A stretch of 64,000 nucleotides of DNA. Origin: Hyphochytrium catenoides (Eukaryota; Protista; Hyphochytriomycota). The notes under the pieces are model-generated. The model was not told where the DNA came from. It did no database searches and saw only the letters and a list, made by a program, of their open reading frames with translations. The stretch is taken from the NCBI GenBank assembly GCA_900088475.1, contig FLMG01002456.1, positions 62,001-126,000 of the forward strand. Reading direction: 5' to 3'. This document shows positions 42,316-53,200 of this stretch, in pieces. The position numbers and the translations under genes were made by a program. Position 1 is the stretch's first letter; the number at the start of each line of letters is the position of its first letter.

Positions 42316-43003
42316 TATCAAGCCCTGGTCTCTTCCTCCTCAACCTGATCGCCTCCACACTCATCATCAGTGAAGGAAGAATCATAACTGATCTCTTCAG
42401 TACAAGTCCTCGTAGGAGGGAGATAGTTTTTTGAAAATAAAATAGTAAGCATCTATTGCATCTGGGAGTTACACAACGATCACGGCTTGAATACTAAAAA
42501 TGGCACAGGACAGAGCAACCGAAAATCCGAAGTTTTACTTCAGAAAACGCTGTAATATCAAGAACCCGATACCTCTCTCTATTTTCGGTAATACCTCTCT
42601 GCCGAATACAGTCAGTGCCAGAAAGAGCCAGAACCTGAGCCAGTTGTGTTTGGTTGTTCTGATTGATAGCAGATAGTAGAAGCATGGTATTGCAAATCAC
42701 ATACATATGTAGAAATTGGAGAGCACTTTCCTTGTGATAGCCGCAAGATGAGATTGTCTGACACTGCTGGACGACCACTATCAGCGATCACCCTTCTTGT
42801 GGGCCATCACACAACGCTTGCAAGTATGGATCAGTGAACGCCCAACGTGGAATGCGGGTAATGAGCGTTTTTACGCAGAAGCAGGGACCAAGCGTGTGTC
42901 AAGTTCCAAGCAGTAAGCTCAAGAAGAAGCATATCGGTAATACTTGGGCTCTACTGACTCTGACGCCGCCAGCAGCCCTCTTAGCCCGTGAGCAAGAGTC
43001 AAG

Positions 43004-44275
43004 ATGGGCTCTTTTGAGTTATCCTGCTGTGATGACGATCAGGTAGGCACGTGTGCGTGAACAAAAAAGTTGTTTTGCTGAAGCTCAGTGTCGCGTACAT
43101 CTCATTGCGCAGGTTGTCACAATAACGCTGATTGGTCTATACACGATCGTCATCTTCGTTTTGTGGCGCAAGGTCGTTCTGCATCCTTTCAAAATTCTGT
43201 AAGAAGCCACTAGTCATTACCTTCTCAAAGCAGGAGGTGAACACTGACGCATGTACCCTACCCTAACAGTGTAGTCTTCCTCCACGAGCTATCACATGCC
43301 TTGGCAGCCTTGATTACTTGCGGCAAAGTCACCGGTATTGAGGTTCATGAGAACGAGGGAGGAGTAACGAACTACATCGGCGGATGTAGGCTTGTAGTGC
43401 TACCAGCGGTAGGTTTTAGTTACTTCCATTGTATCGGACGTTGTCATTGGCGGCTGACACCACTTATGCAGGGGTATCTGGGCTCTGCCCTCTGGGGGTT
43501 GGCTCTCATCGTCTGCAGGTACAGCATTGCCTGAAGATTTGTGATAAATTGCTAGCCCTTTATTTACCGTTGCTCTTCCTAGTGCGAGAAATCTATGGGC
43601 AGAAATCATCACAGGTGTTCTTATCTTTTGTATGTTGGCAGTACTCTGCTACGCCAGAAACGGTTACCTGCGGTGGCTGTGCGTTGGTAAGCCGCAAGTT
43701 TGAGATAACATTGTGTGGGTTATAGGAAACATTGATCTCGCACCATACCAGGTTTTATAATCTTCCTTGGGGTGGTCCTCGCATGCAGCATTTTATGGTA
43801 CCCGCTAGCTCCCTACGTAACTCTCTTCATAGGAGTTATGAGCAGCTTGTTTGCTGTTTATGATATTTGGGATGACCTTATTAGCCGCAGAGTACATGGA
43901 AGGTACGTCTTCTTCGGGCTCTCTTCTTACAACCCCATCTGACGAGACGTCGGTCACATAAGTGACGCCGTTGTATTTGCAGAGCTAACTCACACCAGCA
44001 GTCGATGCTGGGGAGTAATCTGGGCTATCATCTCTCTCGCTTTCCTTGTTGGTACGTTATACAGTAATTTATGAGTCTCAGAAAGACCGTATATCAATGC
44101 TGAACGTCTCTTTCTCACAGTTGCCGTTACAATCAACCTTTATGTGTATGACAATAGCACTCCCAAGACTTGGGAGGAGCTTTCCTCAGAGACAAAAATA
44201 GTGATAGGGGCCTCAGCTGGAGTTGCTGCACTGTTAGTGGCCTGGAGGATCTCACCGTTGTGGAAGAAACCATAA
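43004..44275 (+). CDS. Peptidase M50B-like integral membrane protein (multi-exon)
   Basis: MGSFELSCCDDDQ|VVTITLIGLY..LHPFKIL|VVFLHELSHALAALITCG..IEVHENEGGVT..LPA|GYLGSALWG..VYDIWDDLISRRVHG|SDA. Contains an HExxH motif. Confidence 0.88.
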
Positions 44276-45147
44276 CAGGAAGTTGGCCACATCAGTCATA
44301 GACAACCGTGGTCAAAATTCCTACCGTGATGCTCTCAATGTACGGAGTATAATTTGAGCACTGCGCTTACATAATTTCGATCTCGAAGCGGCTATGCAGT
44401 ATTGCCGGAGGCGGCGAGAATTGCTCCTGTCATACATCATATGCTGTCTGTCTCTCCTCTAGCAATTCTCCGCAGCGCACCTCGCCCATCAGCTGCAAAG
44501 CGGTTCTGAGAGCAGCATATTCCTCTTCCGTTTATGGGACTGCACAGCAGGATAATAGCTTCTATCATCGGCGAACTCCAGCGTGGAAGACAGCGGAAAA
44601 TGGCAACAATAGAACTCGGAGGGTGTAGATTATTGAGGAGTTTTGACGGGTGCTAATAAAGGCCTTTCTGAGATGTTGCATTCCTAGCAAGAGACAGGGG
44701 ATTGGTTGCTTGATTTATGTGGGATTATCATCATGAGATTACCGCTAGCCTAATGGAAAATAACTCTTCTGAATTCTGAGTTTTTCATTTTAGAATTGTG
44801 AATTCTTTCCAAAGAACCCATCAGTCGCATCTCAGTGCCTTTTTGCTCTTACAGCCATTTCAACATAGTTCTTTTGCTGGCATCTTAGAACTCAAGGTAC
44901 CTATAGTTCTCGAGGGCAACTCTACGAATAATTCCAGGTCATCGGGAAGTAGAAGATCTTCCACATATTCTGAAGCTCGTGCTCCTTGTTGTGATGGATT
45001 CTGGCTCCTTTGCTGCTAAGCCTTAGTAGAGCTAGTCGTCCAAGTGTTTTTGTTTCATTTCAAGACATTAGAGACAGCTTATCACCCATTTGCCTGCCTT
45101 GATTACAAGCTGCCCAGCGACCTCCATAAATACAGCTTATTTCAATC

Positions 45148-46461
45148 ATGGCTCTTGTGGACGCCACTTTTGACCATAGCGGGACTGCGCTGCTGATCAT
45201 TGACCCTCAGGTGAGTTGGCGGTGTTGAGAGTCTATCAATGGAGCTGTCCCTAATGGTACATTGGTGCTGTTTAAAAGAGGGATTTCCACACAAATGGAA
45301 GCTTAGCTGTCGAAGGTAAGAAACTGAGGTAGACTTTATGAGCTGCCATCTAACATTAACGTGTCTCCTGGTTAATCTTATAATATTAGGGGCTGACAAA
45401 GACTCTGCGCGGATAGCAAAAATGATCCGGGCTCACCAGGACAAAATCTCGAACGTCTATATCACCCTTGACTCACATCAACCGCTGCACATTGCTCATG
45501 CCATATTTTGGAAGGTCGCCTGATTTTGCTGCAGCTCTTTAACCCCTCTTCACCGAGACAACTTACGTGCTGCTTTATGCAATCTAGGATCAAAGCGGTA
45601 ATCACCCAAATCCCTTCACTGTGATAACGGAAGAGGATGTTCTATCTGGGAAATGGATGGCTTCGCGGGAAGATCTTGTTGAGGTTGCCCGCCAGGTATG
45701 TCACTCCTTGGAGAGAGTACAGTAAGCGGTAGTACTATCTCTATCTGGTAGCTGACATCATTGTTTGAACTCCTATGTAGTATGTGACAAAGTTGAAGCA
45801 ATCAAGCAAGTTTTCTCTCTGCATATGGCCTCCTCATTGCCTTATTGGTACCTTAGGTACGACATTCCGCTTGCGTTCTGCTTGCTGCAATCAGCTTACA
45901 TCCTGACGATAGGACACACCGTTGTCCCTGAGATCAGCAATGCTGTCATCGACTGGTCGAGGAACCACAAGCTGCCAGTTAACTATATCATGAAGGGTCA
46001 AAATCCTCTTACAGAGATGTATTCCGCTTTGAAGGCGGAAATTGAGATTCTCGAAGATCCGACTACGTGGTTGGTACATTCCTTCCTAGTCCCTGCTGCC
46101 TTGCTGCCGACTTAAAAGTCATCATCGTGACATCCCTAAACAGCTTGAACACGACCTTGATCGCCAAATTAAGTATGGCAGACCGCATTATTATCTGCGG
46201 CCAAGCACTTTCCCATTGCGTTAACTTCACGACGAGGGACCTCATTGCCAACCTCCCAGAAGATCGGCGAAGCAAAATTGTGATTCTTAGAGGTAAGCTC
46301 CATTTGTCAACCACTCCATTATATATCGAGACCGATTCTCACTTGTCTGTGCAGATGGATCTAGTCCAGTGCCTGGTTTTGAGGATGAGGGCGCGGCCTT
46401 TCTTCAGGATATGAAAAATATGGGTGTTCAGATAAGGACTACCGAAGATGTGTTCAGCTGA
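45148..46461 (+). CDS. Isochorismatase-family cysteine hydrolase (nicotinamidase-like; multi-exon)
   Basis: LLIIDPQ|RDFH..GSLAV, TLDSHQPLHIAH, IWPPHCLIG, KGQNPLTEMYSALKAE, ICGQALSHCVNFT: D-K-C triad and metal ligands present. Confidence 0.88.
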
Positions 46462-47629
46462 GGGCATATATGCTAGGGTTTAAATTGACAGGCCGGTCCA
46501 CTGGGTATCTAACCAGTCGGATGTGAGTACATCTGGAGTCAGAATCTTGGTTGTGTTGAGAAGGGTGAGCTCACGTAGCCGCTCAAGTCTGTTGGTACTG
46601 TACTGCCATCTAGATACCTTCAGCAGATCGTCCCCCTATTGCAATGCAGGAAGGAGCGGCTCAGTACTCGCGTTAGCAAACCGTGTTGCAAGTACCTTTT
46701 ATCTATTGAGTATGTAGTTCTACCCTCCCATGGGCCTTACACGAGGCTTTGTGGCTCGAACCAGTTGAACAGGTGGGACGTCGCCTGTACAGATGCGGGG
46801 CATAAGGACTATGCTACTACTTCTGATAACCGCACAAAGGAGGTGTGAGCGACTATAGGATAAAGCAGCCCTTGCATTCTTCATTAGCTCGTGCTCGTCG
46901 TCAGAGTGACTGAAATGGTGTAGGCCGCCTGACTATAAAAGAAACCATAGGAAAAAAATGGTGAAGGACAACAAAGCAAGACCGTTTTGTGCCTGTTCGG
47001 ACTAACGTTAGCGGCTATCCAGGTTGTTGCGACTTTTGGGTTTGACTGCTGGTACACTAGCACAAGAGCTACAGCGCAGCAATTGCCGCAATCTCTTCTT
47101 TACGGCACAGCTTGTCCGGCGAAACTGCTAATTAAGACAGCCAGCTGTCTCCTAGTCTCTTCTTCTTTCTGTGTCCTTGTCTCACCCAGAAGCCATTGCT
47201 CTCTTATTTTGAACCACCTGGTCGCCTAGCCAACAGGAACTCAACGGGCGTGCCTGACTGCTATCTCCGTTGCATCTCCCAACTTTTGTTCCTCGAGCTT
47301 TTAATTCCCAGGAAGCGCTGCTGGCAGCCATCGTCACTCATCTAATCTCTATCGGAAGCCTTTCCAAGATTACTCGGATCAGGGCCTTATAACGACGCAC
47401 TGCAACCCTTTGAGTCGCATAGATACTAGCATGAACCAGCCCTAACTGCTTGTGTAAGCAGAATTTGCTAGAGGCGTCGACAGGGACCTGCAAGTAAAGT
47501 TTAGCACATGTCTCATTGGATGGCGCCTTCCTAGGTGACTAATATGAGCCACTCTGGTCACCCACTGCTCTGTCCACTAGGTCTAAGGATAACAGCGTGA
47601 CGACTCTGATTCGAAAGCTTTCTGGCGAG

Positions 47630-48246
47630 ATGGTGACGAACCTAGCGCTCGAAGAAGAGGGTGCTCAGGTCACTGGCGCTACCTCCTATGACCCTCGCTT
47701 CCCCGCCGAGAACGTCTTGAATGAGTAAGTCCTTAATCTTCTGCCGGTTCAATATTTTCTCATGCGTTTTATGCCTTGCTTAATAGGGAAGAAGGCAGCT
47801 TTTGGGTTACCACTGGGACGTATCCACAGGAGTTCATTTTACAGCTTTCTCAGGCTTCCCTGATATCAAGGATCAAGACTTCAACTAGAAACGGTGTGTC
47901 TCCCTAAGCAATCTTGTGTAAGGTTCTGCCGCGTTCTATTGGTGCTGACAAGAATCTCTCTGAAGTCAAGCTCATGGTGATCGAGAAATGTGATACAGCC
48001 AACCCAGTGTCTTGGGAAAAGATCTTGGAGCTTGGTAAGGCCACCCCATGTCCCTTTCTATAATGCATATTGCCTCACGGTATTTGGGTTCCAGATATGA
48101 AAGAAAATGATGGAGGGCTACAGCTCGAAGATAACCAGCTTCAACGAGTGACCGCCACCTTCCTAAAGTTCAAGATCTTCGCCGGTTGGGATGACTTTAG
48201 TACTGTCCACAGGATCTCGGTGGAAGGACGAAGCGCTAGAGAGTGA
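47630..48246 (+). CDS. IFT25: Intraflagellar transport protein 25 (HSPB11; 4 exons, absent from the ORF track)
   Basis: Spliced: MVTNLALEEEGAQVTGATSYDPRFPAENVLNE|EEGSFWVTTGTYPQEFIL...LKFKIFAGWDDFSTVHRISVEG. Confidence 0.92.
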
Positions 48247-48367
48247 TACGACGTGTATCCACAGCTATTCCCTTCATTTATTGCACTCGAGCAGCATATT
48301 ATATATACAATGACGGTTGGAGGTGCAGCTGATGACTGAAACGACATCTCCTTGAAAACCCAAGGGC

Positions 48368-49062
48368 TCAGGTGTTCACACCATAACTCTCCTTTAAATC
48401 CTGAATTTCCTTTCTCTTCTTCTCGTTGTCCAGCTTCTTTTGCATCTTGCTTGCCTGATATCACGGTCAATATCACGGTCAGCGCCGTTAGACAGCTCCA
48501 TGCCACCCGCTAATGAGCTTACCTGGTAATATAAGACTATCAGGTATCGACCGCATACGTTGAATCCCGACAGATGATCGACTGCGTTCTTGGCGTCATA
48601 GATATCCTCATATACGACAAAGGCGGTCCCCTTTGTATCTGACGCGTTTCCTCTGCACGGACTGTGGTTAAATCCCAAAATACTACGAATCTGATCCAAG
48701 AACTGCTGGCTTACAGTCTAATCTGGCGGATTGCGCCATATTTTCCGAAGATGTCGTACATTTCCTCCGACGTGATCTTGAATGGCAGGTTTCTAAAGAA
48801 GCAACCCAGGATGAAATCTTTGGCAACGGGATGACTTTAAACATCCTTACCTCACGTAGAGTATCCGATTCACTTCAGGAGGTAGTCGAGCCTATGAGTT
48901 TAACGTATTTAAAGTAAGGCATTCGCATTGACGAGTAGTCCCATTCGCTTACTTACATTCTGTCTTCGACCTTGGTTTGGAAGCCCTGTCGACACTGCAA
49001 CACAGCAGGAGTTTAGCTCTTGTCATAGGTCATCAATAGCAAGGCAAGAACCCGCACTTACT
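48368..49062 (-). CDS. SF3B6: U2 snRNP branch-site protein p14 / SF3B6 (RRM; multi-exon, ATG split by an intron)
   Basis: [14 protein letters not shown]|[26 protein letters not shown]|[43 protein letters not shown]. Confidence 0.96.
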
Positions 49063-49276
49063 GGCGTGATTTTGAGCTACTGCTTGAACTTGGTGTACTA
49101 GTGTGTGTATGGCCAGGCACTTGTAGCCTCTTCTGTCACGGTATCCTCTAACAGCACGTTTGACTTGTGTCACGAAGTGATGAGATAAGGTGGTGCACGA
49201 GTACGAGTGATCTACAATGGCTGCCAAGATCTAAAATGCCAAAGAAGCAAGGCTTGAGTGAAGCATCACGGCCCTA

Positions 49277-50154
49277 TCATTCCGCAATGGATCCAGCTGG
49301 AAGTCCAGTTGATGAATTGTTCCTTGTTGATGAGTCTTCTTGCTTCTTCAGTCCATCGAAGCTGCTCCGCAAGTTGCTGCTGCTTGTCGCATCACTCATC
49401 ACCCGTCTTATTATAAGCCTCTTGGCCTCAATCTTCCTCATTCACCCACATAGCAATCTGCATAAAGGGTCCAGCTCCCCTGTCCCTAGGGACCGACCCA
49501 GTACTTCCCTCGGAGTGGCGGTGAGGAGAGTCCATCATCTTTTGAAGGACGATTTTCAAGATCTTGCTTGCCTGAGCCTCATCGCTCCATCGCTTCTTCG
49601 GATGAGGAGCCACTTCTGGACCTCGGGCTGGAGAGACAAGCTGCAAGGCGCAAAAGCTGAGGAAGTTCTAAACTCACACTGGCTCTTGAGCGCATAACTC
49701 TTTCTGAGAAGTCTCCTGAGAAGCCGGGCCACCACAAGCGATAGCTTAGTCCAGTTCAGCCAGGACACCCCAGAGTCTGGCAAGCCATGGCGACCAGTCT
49801 GTTTGTCTTCTATGGAGCCTGTTCGTAAGAAAAATAAATTGTTGATTGATCACGTCTTCTATATGTTGCTAAGTCCTCGAATCTTCTGGACACCAAGTTA
49901 TAAGTTAGCTGTCGAGCGTGATGAGACTCTCGAGGTCCTGAAGATACAAGTCTTTTCAATATCAGGTATTGACTGAGATTACCTCTTGGCAGTGTGTGTA
50001 CAGCCTCGATGACCTTCCTCGTGCTCTTGCCGAGTAGGAGTGCCGCCAGATCGACAGCTGCTGTGCACTTTGTCGGGCCAGTTACTGCTGGCGGATGATA
50101 AGACATTGCGATCGGTAGGTCGCCTGTGAGTTCCTGGCGTTTTGGCCTCTTCAA
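49277..50154 (-). CDS. Possible orphan multi-exon gene between SF3B6 and PNGase
   Basis: Short minus-strand ORFs with plausible splice sites. No recognisable homology. Confidence 0.2.
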
Positions 50155-50232
50155 TCAAGGTTCATTAGCGTTGTTCTATAGCTCGACGTGCAGAACTTCG
50201 ATTGCATTTTCCTTGAGGATAGCCAGCAAGAT

Positions 50233-53200
50233 ATGGAGGATGTGATGGAGGCTGCCAGTGCCAGGAGCCAACTTGCACAATGGGGAGAAGCTTGCAGTAG
50301 GGTTTTCTTTGGCGATCGCCCTATCGTACAACCACGGTTTAGACTCAAAACAGGCGAGGAAGCATATTGTATGGGTTGCGCTGCTCTGCACTTTGAAGGT
50401 AAATGTCGCCTGGCCTCACGTCAGTTCGGGCCGAAAGCATCGTGTTGGCAAAGTAGCACACTAACGTCTTGCAATGCAGAACCAATTAGCATTGCGAGGT
50501 GGAAGGAAACAATCAAACCAGAGTCGTGGGACGGATACGTAACAGATATCGAGATCTGCCAGGGAGACTTCAACGTCGAAGGTAGTCCAGGTTTCCAACG
50601 TATTCCACTGGACCTGAACAGTGGAGCAGGAGGCCTCTATGCCTATTTGTGTGTCCGTAAAGGTAGGCGCTGACCGTAGAGGTTCTGAACCCTGAGTATG
50701 CTGACTTCCGACCAGGCGGACGAAAGGCACCCATTACATCTATTCTTCTACAGTTTGGCGACCAGCCCACCAAAGCCGAACTTTTGCAAGAGGGATATGT
50801 GAGGTTGGCCCCAAACTGCAACGAAGGGAATCGTAGCTTAAGTCCTGTCTACGTCTGGTATCGAAGGCTGGCAGAATCACCTGTCGTTCCATCACCTGTG
50901 GTAGGCCAAGTCCTGCATTACGATGTCTCATGAGCCATCATCTGAGCCAGCTTCCCGTACAGTCTCGAGCAATACAAGACCTAGAAGTTATTAGGCAGGA
51001 TCTCGTATCAGCCAGTTCGGACTACTTAAGAATCCCAGGAAATCTGAACGAGGGCACCAACGGACCACCGATCCACATTTACGCCAGATGGGGTCTCTCT
51101 TTCCATTGTCGAAGTGCTCTAAACTAGCTCTTACGCTTATCTCTGCGTTTATTAGGAGAAATCGGTGCTTTCACGTGCGCCACAGAAAGAAGAGTGGGTT
51201 CTTCCAACTTCCTTTTTAAAGAACGGCTAGGGATTGAAACTTACGAAGCAACATCGCTGGAAGATTTATGGTGAGCATTTGAAGATATGGTAGGATGTAA
51301 ATGTAGTTTCTACTAATATGCATCAAGTGGGAGACTGGCGATGCAGTCGCTTTGCAAGAAGTTTGAAAGTATGGCCGAGCAGAGTGAGATGATGAGATTG
51401 CTTCAAGTCCAAGAAGCGAACAAGGTCCATCTACCTCCAAGAATCGAGAGCTATTGTAGGTGAGAAGTTATGAAAACCCTATTCGTTTTCTTTCCTACGA
51501 GACTGAGGTGCATTTGTTTGAGACAGGGCGACCACTATGTTTGAGAGCCCAGAGCGACAGGAGAAGGCATTGAAGGTGTCAACTCTAGGGCCGTACCTTT
51601 CAAGTGATGTTACTGATCCTTCGTGCGCTGCAGCATATCCCAGTTGAAGAATTAAAGGCTCAAGCGACAAGCTCCAGTCAAGATGAGGAAACTTACCAGG
51701 TGGCATCAACCAAGTTCTCTTACTTGTCTGGTATCATATTTAACCGACCTTCTCATGAAGGAGGAGCTCCTTAAAGGGCTTCTCAAGTGGTTCAAGGAAG
51801 AATTCTTCTCATGGGTCAATAATGCTCCTTGCGTTGCCTGCCGATCGCCTGAAACTCAAGGAATGTCGGGAGGAACTCCTACAGCGGAAGAGGTAATTCA
51901 TCTTTTTGTCGTCTTGGCGGATTTTGCTAATCCTAGACATTTGTAGTTGATGTACGGAGCTTCCCGAGTCGAACTATATCGGTGCACAGCGTGTGGCAGC
52001 GTCAGTCGATTTCCTCGGTATAACGATCCCGGTGCGTACATTCAAACACAGCTTTCAAGATCCGGGGTTAGGCTAGCGAGGTGACGTTCCGCTTGTCTAG
52101 CAAAGTTATTGGAGACAAGGCGCGGGCGATGTGGGGAGTGGGCCAACTGCTTCACTCTCTGTTGCCGAGCGATGGGCTTTGATGCCCGTTTTGTGATCGA
52201 TTTCACGGACCACGTTTGGACGGAAGTCTATTCCCTGAAAAGAAAGGTACTTCCCTCCAGATAGGCAGTCTCTCCTCTAGCTGCACACTTATACTCCTCT
52301 GGTCATAGCGTTGGATTCACACAGATTGCTGCGAGAATAAACTGGATACTCCCCTCATGTACGAGGTGGGATGGGGCAAAAAACTGACTTACGTCTTTGC
52401 CTTCTCCAGCAAGGAAGTCGTGGATGTAACCAGGTTATTATGATTAACTCGCAAAACCATGTCGTTAACTGCTAAACCATGTCCTTTTAGAAGGTACACT
52501 AATGATTGGACAGAAGTCTTGAAACGCCGGGATCAGGCGCCGGAAACCTGGCTGGCAGACTACATTCAACGCTTGGATCTCAAACAGAGGAACAACTGGT
52601 CGCCTAATGAGGAAGAAAAGCAGGCAGGATCAATACACTTCTCATCTATGGGATAAATAGCCAAATTAACCTTCCGTCAAGACGCTTTTGCGACGCAGAG
52701 CGGAGGAAGAGGTGGAGCTCCAGCAGCAGGTTGCACGAGGAGCTCAGATTAAGGCGGGCGAGCTGCAGGGTAGAGGTTCAGGTTCCAAGGAATGGCGAGA
52801 GTCTAGAAGAGAGCTTGGAGAGTCAAGAGCTTCCGAAAAGGTAGCTTGTCCTAATACATGCTTAAAGCTCGCCATTGACCGGAGGAAAATGCAGGAGACC
52901 GAGTTTGAGAAGCTTCAAGCTACACATATTGCCACGGAGGAAAAAGACTTGAATCCCACAAAAGTGCGACTTGAAATGGACTTCAAGAGGTGGGGACATT
53001 TAATACTAAAGCTAATGCTGCGTTGTCCCAGGATCTCAGGTTCTATGCAGGCTGTTTCGACAATTATCCATTGGGTGCGGTCTGCAGAGTTGTCAGAATC
53101 CTAACTGTGCCTCTAATACGCGTAAGTACAAACTGAAGGAAGCATCTTTGGTGGACATCAGTAACAGTGGTAATACTAGAGGTGGGCCCACACGACGCGA

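Noticed and set aside
41955-42385. Phe/Ser/Leu-rich 'membrane protein' ORFs
   Set aside because: These are translation artefacts of the antisense strand of the GAA-rich repeat.
49167-49697. 176-aa plus-strand ORF
   Set aside because: No domain, it lacks an ATG at the annotated start, and it overlaps the SF3B6 upstream region and a competing minus-strand model.
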